Assembly (NCBI GenBank): GCA_005882715.1
Contig: VBEI01000005.1
Span: 1-40,506 of the forward strand
DNA from: Chloroflexota bacterium
Lineage (GTDB): Bacteria; Chloroflexota; Dehalococcoidia; SM23-28-2; RBG-16-64-32
DNA length: 40,506 nucleotides
Direction: 5' to 3'
The notes beneath the pieces are model-generated. The model was not told where the DNA came from. It made no database searches and saw nothing but the letters and a program-made list of their open reading frames with translations. A program made the position numbers and the translations under genes. Positions 34,251-40,506 of this stretch are shown in pieces (position 1 is the first letter of the stretch; each line of letters begins with the position of its first letter).

Positions 34251-36998
34251 ATGAGTGACGTTGCACTACACGGACGCCTAATCGGCCGCGACCGGGAAAT
34301 GCGCGCTCTCGCGGATTTACTGGCCGGCATCCAGGAGCGCGGCGCTGCGGTCATAGTTCGCGGCGAGGCAGGCATCGGCAAATCCTCGCTGGTCGCAGCC
34401 GCGAGCGACAGGGCTCGAGAACGCGGAGTTCAGGTTCTGACGGCCGCGGCTGTTCAGTGCGAGACGCACCTTCCATTTGCGGGTCTGCACCAGCTTCTGC
34501 TCCCCATCCTTGCCGACGCCGATCACCTCCCGCCACCGCAGAGGCGAGCGCTTGATGCCGCGTTTGGAGTGGTCGACGAGAGGGCGCCCGAGCCCTTTGT
34601 TATCGCGCTGGCGACCCTGCACCTGCTTTCGGACGCCGCAGCCCGCGCCCCCCTGCTACTTATCGTTGAAGACGCCCACTGGCTGGACCGTCCGACGGCG
34701 GACGTCTTGACCTTCGTTGCCCGCCGTCTCGAGGGCGATCCCGTCCTTATGCTTGTAGCGATTCGCGACGGCTACGAGAGTCCACTCGATGCGGTCGGAC
34801 TGTAGGAGCTGCGCGTCGATCGCCTTGATGAGGCATCGGCTGCGGATTTGCTTGACGCGCACAACCCTGACCTGGATTCGGCCGTCCGAACTCGATTGCT
34901 CGAAGAGGCCGAGGGTAACCCATTGGCCTTAGTTGAGTTGCCGGCGGCTCTGAAAACCGACGACATTGCGGCGACGATGCACCCCGCATTGCTGCCGCTT
35001 ACCGCTCGCTTAGAACGGGCCTTCTCGGCGCGCGCATCAGAGTTGTCCGATTCAGCTCGTACCGCGTTACTGGTGGCCGCCGCGGACGATCAAGGGTTGT
35101 TAAGCGAAGTGCTGGCCGCGACGAGTATCGTCGACGGTCCAGAGCACGACGACGCAGTGCTCGCGCCGGCGATCGACGCCGGACTGGTCAAACTGGAAAT
35201 GCCGTACCTTCGCTTTCACCATCCTCTCGTCAGGTCGGCCATCTATCAGTCTGCGAGCATCTCCGAACGTGGGGCGGCGCACGCGGCGCTGGCTAAAGCG
35301 CTGACCCACGATCCAGACCGCCGGGCGTGGCACCTCGCTGCGGCCGCGACCGGACCAGACGAGAAAGTGGCGTTGGAACTTGACGAGGCGGCGGCCCGGG
35401 CGCAGCGGCGAGGGGCGACCGCCGTGGCGGTCGCGGCACTGGAAAGCGCAGCCCGGCTCAGCGACGACCCTACTCGCCGGGGCAGCCGGCTGCTACGCGC
35501 GGCCGAGCTAGCCTTCGAGCTGGGGCGACTCGACGTCGTGCTCCCTCTATTTCAAGAGGCGGAGCGGCTCGAACTGGCTCCCCTTGAGAGAGGGCGGATG
35601 ACGTGGATTCGGGAGATGATGGATCCTCGCAGCCTCGGTGACGTCGCGAGAGTACGTTCCTTAATAGACACCGCCGATCGTGCTCGCGAGGAGGGGGATA
35701 CTGATCTCGCGCTGAACCTCCTCATGCACGCAGCTGCCATGTGCTGGTGGACCGATCCCGGGAAGGAGGCGCGAGATAGCGCTGAGCGGGCTGGCTCTCT
35801 CGATAGCGACGCGAGGCTAGTGGTAATCCTTGCCTTCTCGGCGCCACTCGATCGCGGCCGGGTCGTAATCGATCACCTCGCACATGCGGCATCAGATAGC
35901 GGGAGAGATGCCTTATCCTCGGGATTGCTAGGCGGCGCCGCGACAATGATCGGCGCCTTCGATATCGCGGCCAGGTTCAACGCGGAGTCGGTCGCGGGCT
36001 TACGGGCGCAAGGCCGGCTGAACACTCTGGTTCGTGTGCTCTTCCACCATGCATGGTCGTCATTCAACTTGGCTGACTGGACGGTGGCCATTGCCGCGGC
36101 CGAGGAGGTCAGCCGCTTGGCTGAGGAAACCCGACAGCCAGACCTGGCGGCGGGAGCTCAAGTCGTCCAGTCGATGCTGGCAGCGGTGCGTGGAGAGACC
36201 GAAGTCGCGCAGGGTCTGGCTACGGAGGTCGAGCGGACTGTTCGGTCCAAGGGGTTTGGTTTCATGCTGGCCCTCGTTCAGATGGCGCGTGGCCTGACGT
36301 CCCTCTCTGGCGGGCTCCATGACGAGGCATATGGGCACTTGATTCGACTGTTCGACCATGCCGATCCCGCCTATCACCCCTTCGTTTGCGGATGGGGGAT
36401 GGCAGATCTCGCCGAGGCCGCGGTGCTCAGCGGAAACAGGGAGGCCGCACGGGCTCTCCTGGCAGAACAGCAGCCGATCGCTGATCAGGCCCCATCGACG
36501 TGGCTTCACATGGCTGTGCAATACGCCCGCCCGCTGCTGGCGGAGGACGAGGACGCCGAACCTTTATTCAAATCCGCCCTTGGTGCTGGCATGTCCCGGT
36601 GGCCTCTCTATTGGGCACGCTTGCAGCTGGCCTTCGGCATGTGGCTACGGCGTCAGCGACGCGCCGGTGAGTCACGAGTGTCGCTACGTGCCGCTCGTGA
36701 TGCGTTCGACGCTCTCGGCGCCCTCCCGTGGGGGGAGCGGGCCCGTCAGGAACTGCGCGCCGCAGGCGAGATGAGCCGTCGCCCATCGCCCGGCGCATTG
36801 GATTACCTCTCGCCTCAAGAGCTACAGGTCGCCTTGATGGCGGCCGAAGGAATGACCAATAGGCAGATCGGCCAGCAACTCTACCTGTCCCACCGAACCG
36901 TCAGTACCCACCTATACCGTATCTTCCAGAAGCTCGGGATCACTGCGCGGTCTCAGTTGCCTAATGCGCTGAGCACCCAGACCGTTTCCCCACTCTAG
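34251..36998 (+). pseudogene. MalT-like STAND ATPase-LuxR regulator interrupted by in-frame TAG at 34803-34805
   Basis: LIGRDRE, Walker A GEAGIGKS, Walker B VEDAHWLD, then GL*ELRVDRL continuing in the same frame to GNPLAL, FHHPLVRSAIY and C-terminal HTH LSPQELQVA..GMTNRQIG. Confidence 0.88.
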
Positions 36999-37098
36999 CC
37001 GCTGGACGCCGCTGCACGTCAGCGCGCGTAAGCACCCATTAAGCCACAGGCGCAGAGCGTGCGACGTTTGATTAACGTGCAGAAGCCCGGCGTATATA

Positions 37099-37228
37099 CG
37101 TCATGTTACGGATGCTGAACCCCGTCCGCGCCCGGCATTCTAGGGTTGTCGGTGCCCATACGTCCCTCAACCAAAGGAACCCTGGCAGAGCGATCCAGCT
37201 GATCTCAACAGAGTCATTTGACTGAAGC
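37099..37228 (+). promoter_or_regulatory. Two copies of a palindromic operator-like motif
   Basis: CGTCATGTTACGGATGC (37099-37115) and AGTCATTTGACTGAAGC (37212-37228). Confidence 0.5.
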
Positions 37229-37301
37229 GAGCTTCCCCCGACCCGCCCTACCGTCGAGACTGCATCAGCCGAGTTTTCAAAGAAGCAAAGGGAGGTAAGC
37301 C

Positions 37302-38849
37302 ATGAGCGAGCAGGCGTACGTGCGGGAAGCGGCTGGGAAAGGCCCGTCGATTCGCTCCGATAGCGGCGAAGTCGCGTCAACCACCGCCCCACGCTGGCTA
37401 GCGCTCCTCGTGCTCTGCTCCGGGTTGCTGATGATCGTCCTCGACCAGACCATCGTCAACGTGGCGCTGCCGTCCATCCAAAGCGACCTCGGCTTTTCAC
37501 AATCGAGCCTCGCCTGGGTGATCAACGCTTACCTGATCGCCTTCGGTGGCCTCCTCCTTCTGGCTGGACGGCTCGGCGATCTCATCGGCCGCAAGCGTAT
37601 ATTTCTGATTGGCCTGGCCCTCTTTACCACCGCCTCGCTCTTGTGCGGAATTTCTTGGAGTCCCGCGATGCTCGTAGCGGCACGGTTCGTTCAGGGCGTT
37701 GGCGGCGCCATGACCTCTGCCGTGATCCTGGGCATGATCGTCACGCTATTTCCCTTGCCGCGCGAGCGGGCCCGAGCGATCGGTGTCTACAGCTTCGTTG
37801 CGAGCGGTGGCGCCGCCATCGGCCTTCTCGCCGGTGGCGCTATCACCGAGGCGATCAGCTGGAACTGGATCTTTTTCGTCAACCTACCGATCGGAATCGC
37901 GGCCTTCCTCACTGCTATCCGAATCCTCGGGACTGAGCAGGGAATAGGCCTCAGCGGGGGAGCCGACGTCAGTGGCGCCGTCCTCGTGACCGGCGCGCTG
38001 ATGCTCGGGGTATACACGCTCGTCGAAGCCGCGGACTATGGTTGGGCTTCCTTGCACACTGTGGGCCTCGGCGCCCTTTCGATAGCGTTGCTGGCGGCAT
38101 TCGTTGTTCGTCAGGCAACGGCGGCCAAGCCACTCCTTCCATTACGCATCTTCAAGTCGCGCAACGTCTCGGGCGCCAACGCTACTGTTGCGCTGATGAT
38201 CGGCGGATTCTTCGGGATGTTTTTCCTCGGAGCGCTGTACATGCAGCGCGTGCTCGGCTACGGTCCGGTCGAGGTCGGCCTCGCCTTCCTGCCCGTCGCA
38301 CTCCTAATCGGGACGCTCGCGCTGGGTTTCTCCGCGCGGCTGAACACGCGTTTCGGCCCCGGGACGGTGTTGGTCCCCGGCCTATCGCTCGGTGTGGCCG
38401 CGCTGGCGCTGCTCACGCGCGCACCCGTCGAGGCCGACTACGTCACCGACATATTGCCAGCGATGCTGCTGCTCGGCGTCGGCGCCGGCCTTTCCTTCCC
38501 GGCGCTGACGACCCTGGCGATGTCGGGCGCCACGCCCAGCGACTCGGGTCTCGCCTCAGGCCTAATCAATACAACGCAGCAGGTCGGCGGCGCGCTAGGT
38601 CTCTCGATTCTGGCGACACTCGCTACTTCACGAACGGATGCTCAACTCTCCGACGGAGTGAGCACGGCGTCCGCTCTCACCAGCGGCTACCATCTCGCCT
38701 TCGGCGTCGGGGCGGCCTTCATTGCGGCAGCGCTCGCGCTGGCGGTGGCATTGCTGCAGAAGCGGGCCGAACCGCGTGTCGAGAGTGCTCCCGAATCCGA
38801 GACCTCGCAGCCGATGATACCCGCAGTCTCTACGAGGCGTTGCCCATGA
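37302..38849 (+). CDS. MFS transporter, DHA2 (14-TMS, EmrB/QacA-like)
   Basis: LDQTIVNVALP, GRLGDLIGRKR motif A, WNWIFFVNLPIG, QQVGGALG. GGGAGG RBS. Confidence 0.95.
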   Translation: MSEQAYVREAAGKGPSIRSDSGEVASTTAPRWLALLVLCSGLLMIVLDQTIVNVALPSIQSDLGFSQSSLAWVINAYLIAFGGLLLLAGRLGDLIGRKRIFLIGLALFTTASLLCGISWSPAMLVAARFVQGVGGAMTSAVILGMIVTLFPLPRERARAIGVYSFVASGGAAIGLLAGGAITEAISWNWIFFVNLPIGIAAFLTAIRILGTEQGIGLSGGADVSGAVLVTGALMLGVYTLVEAADYGWASLHTVGLGALSIALLAAFVVRQATAAKPLLPLRIFKSRNVSGANATVALMIGGFFGMFFLGALYMQRVLGYGPVEVGLAFLPVALLIGTLALGFSARLNTRFGPGTVLVPGLSLGVAALALLTRAPVEADYVTDILPAMLLLGVGAGLSFPALTTLAMSGATPSDSGLASGLINTTQQVGGALGLSILATLATSRTDAQLSDGVSTASALTSGYHLAFGVGAAFIAAALALAVALLQKRAEPRVESAPESETSQPMIPAVSTRRCP

Positions 38850-38926
38850 GCACCGTCACCGCCGAACCTTTGGTGTCGCTCCCAATACAACTGCGGTCGC
38901 ACCGCAGACTAAGGAGGCTTCTATGA
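38846..38926 (+). other. 26-codon ORF coupled by ATGA overlaps at both ends (possible gene remnant)
   Basis: MSTVTAEPLVSLPIQLRSHRRLRRLL. Its start overlaps the MFS stop and its stop overlaps the next ATG. Confidence 0.3.
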
Positions 38927-39630
38927 CCACGAATGACCTGGAATCAGCACAGGATGCTAGCACGATGATCGGTATCATCGGCGCCGGCAACCTTGGACAG
39001 GCCTTGGCGCGCACGGCGCTGCGGGCCGCCCGGAAGGTCGTGATCTCGAACAGCCGCGGCCCTGAATCTCTGGCACCAGTGGTCGCCGCTCTCGGCGCGG
39101 GCGTGTCGGCCGGCACGGTCCGTGAGGCGGCGGCAGCCAGCATCGTCGCAATCGCGGTGCCGTGGAGCAGCGTCCCCACAGCCGTCAGCGGGTTGCAATG
39201 GCACGGCCAGACTGTCATCGACGCGACGAACGCGTGGGACGCCGAACTCGGCGGCCGCACCTCCAGCGAGCTCGTCGCCGATCTCGTCCCGGGTGCCCGG
39301 CTGGTAAAGGCCGCAAACACGCTTTGGGCGGAGGTCCTGGGCGCCGATCCCCACGAGGCGGGCGGCCGTCGCGTGATCTTCCTGTCCGGCGACGACGCCG
39401 CGGCCAAGGCCTCGGTCGTCGAGCTGTTCGACGCCGCCGGCTTCTTCGTGATCGATGTCGGTGACCTGGTGACGGGCGGACGCATGCAACAGCAGGGGGC
39501 CCCCTGTCAGGTCAAAACCTCGTGGGGCTTGCCCCAGTCAGATAGCGAGGCTCAGCGAGGTCCCGCCCGCAGGACGGGCCTCTGGGAGAAAGCAAATTGT
39601 CGAGGCACGATTGTGAGGAGAGAACAATGA
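38923..39630 (+). CDS. NADP oxidoreductase (F420-dependent NADP reductase-like), probably frameshifted near C-terminus
   Basis: IGIIGAGNLG, SNSRGP, AVPW, IDATN, SSE, VKAANT, LSGDD. The alternative frame after MQQ reads AGGPLSGQNLV, stopping at 39543-39545. AAGGAGG RBS. Confidence 0.85.
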   Translation: MTTNDLESAQDASTMIGIIGAGNLGQALARTALRAARKVVISNSRGPESLAPVVAALGAGVSAGTVREAAAASIVAIAVPWSSVPTAVSGLQWHGQTVIDATNAWDAELGGRTSSELVADLVPGARLVKAANTLWAEVLGADPHEAGGRRVIFLSGDDAAAKASVVELFDAAGFFVIDVGDLVTGGRMQQQGAPCQVKTSWGLPQSDSEAQRGPARRTGLWEKANCRGTIVRREQ

Positions 39631-39718
39631 TCGAGAAGCATATTGAGCGGACCGCGGACAGCAGCGAAGAAGGGACTCCGCCGGGTTGCTCTTCGAAGAA
39701 AAAGCAGAGGGCGTCCCA

Positions 39719-40399
39719 ATGACGCGGAAGGTTACCGTAACCCGAAACGGCCCCTACGTGGTTGAAGGCGCCATCCCGCTAGCCAATCAGACTATAGAAA
39801 GCGACTCCGAAGGCGGGTCCCGGGAGTGGCTTGAGGGACCAACGTTCGAGGTCGACGAAGTGTATAACCTCTGTCGCTGCGGGCAATCGTCGAACAAGCC
39901 GTTTTGTGACAGTACACACCTCAAGGTCGGGTTCGATGGTACCGAAACGGCCTCGAGGGCTCCGTATCTCGATCAAGCGGATGTCTTTGAGGGCCCGGCG
40001 ATGGATTTGACCGACGCTCAGCCGCTCTGTGCGAGCGGCCGATTCTGCGATCCCGACGGTAGCATTTGGAACCTGATCGAGCAGACCGACGACCCCGACG
40101 CAGTCAAGAAAGTGAAGCACCAGAGTGGTCATTGCCCGTCCGGGCGGCTGGTGGTCTGGGACAAGGCCACGAGGCAGCCGTACGAGCCGGTCTTCGAGCC
40201 TTCGATCGGCCTCGTCCAGGACCCGGTCGCGGGCGTCAGCGGTCCGATCTGGCTGAGGGGTGGGGTAACCATTGAATCAGCAGACGGCGCGGCCTACGAG
40301 ATACGGAACCGAGTTACCCTCTGTCGCTGCGGCGCCTCCAACAACAAGCCCTTCTGCGATGGTTCACACATCACGATCGGCTTCCAGGACGGCTCATGA
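39719..40399 (+). CDS. Protein with two CDGSH [2Fe-2S] domains flanking a small ferredoxin-like domain
   Basis: NGPY..LCRCGQSSNKPFCDSTH and GP..LCRCGASNNKPFCDGSH, with central CASGRFC...CPSGRL. Confidence 0.92.
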   Translation: MTRKVTVTRNGPYVVEGAIPLANQTIESDSEGGSREWLEGPTFEVDEVYNLCRCGQSSNKPFCDSTHLKVGFDGTETASRAPYLDQADVFEGPAMDLTDAQPLCASGRFCDPDGSIWNLIEQTDDPDAVKKVKHQSGHCPSGRLVVWDKATRQPYEPVFEPSIGLVQDPVAGVSGPIWLRGGVTIESADGAAYEIRNRVTLCRCGASNNKPFCDGSHITIGFQDGS

Positions 40400-40506
40400 A
40401 CGGCCGGCGTGGCGCGCCAGACGGAGCTCTTCGCATTGCGGGCCAGCCGCCGAACCTCCCGGATGGATTCACCGACACCTTTACCAGCCGATACATCGAC
40501 ACAAAG
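40396..40506 (+). CDS. N-terminus of a probable alpha/beta hydrolase (3'-truncated)
   Basis: ATG overlaps the previous stop and the frame stays open to the window end (..PNLPDGFTDTFTSRYIDTK). This resembles, from recall only, the N-terminus of actinobacterial-type epoxide-hydrolase-like proteins. No catalytic motif is visible. Confidence 0.5.
   Translation, partial: MNGRRGAPDGALRIAGQPPNLPDGFTDTFTSRYIDTK

Noticed and set aside
34803-34805. Pyrrolysine or genome-wide TAG recoding
   Set aside because: TAG is the normal stop of many genes here (e.g. 2665, 6123, 9302, 18848, 25912), and neighbouring genes show other signs of decay.

Overview
High-GC bacterial chromosomal segment. Gene content suggests Chloroflexota, probably Dehalococcoidia-like; this is inference only. 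The housekeeping backbone is the 3' end of smc, ftsY, mutS, mutL, ctpA, smpB and tmRNA (tag GRTNQYALAA). Interspersed accessory modules are a PAS/MBL-hydrolase/receiver trio, two GT-C membrane glycosyltransferases, a stand-alone NuoE/NuoF(HydC/HydB)-like pair, two paralogous PAS-LuxR one-component regulators, a kinase/receiver/two-diguanylate-cyclase cassette between mutS and mutL, a split MetE, an orphan TadG-like gene, and a partly decayed STAND-LuxR/MFS/oxidoreductase block after tmRNA. The best novelty candidate: each PAS-LuxR gene is followed by the same non-coding cassette. It consists of a NarL-type 7-2-7 box abutting a -35 element, an ACCCTC pyrimidine tract, and GC hairpins with 8-nt NNCCGNNA loops (two covarying copies after gene 1, one copy plus U7 after gene 2). 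This looks like a duplicated sensor-regulator to small-RNA unit. No CRISPR array, tRNA, rRNA, integrase or transposase was seen. All calls come from manual motif reading, with no database searches.
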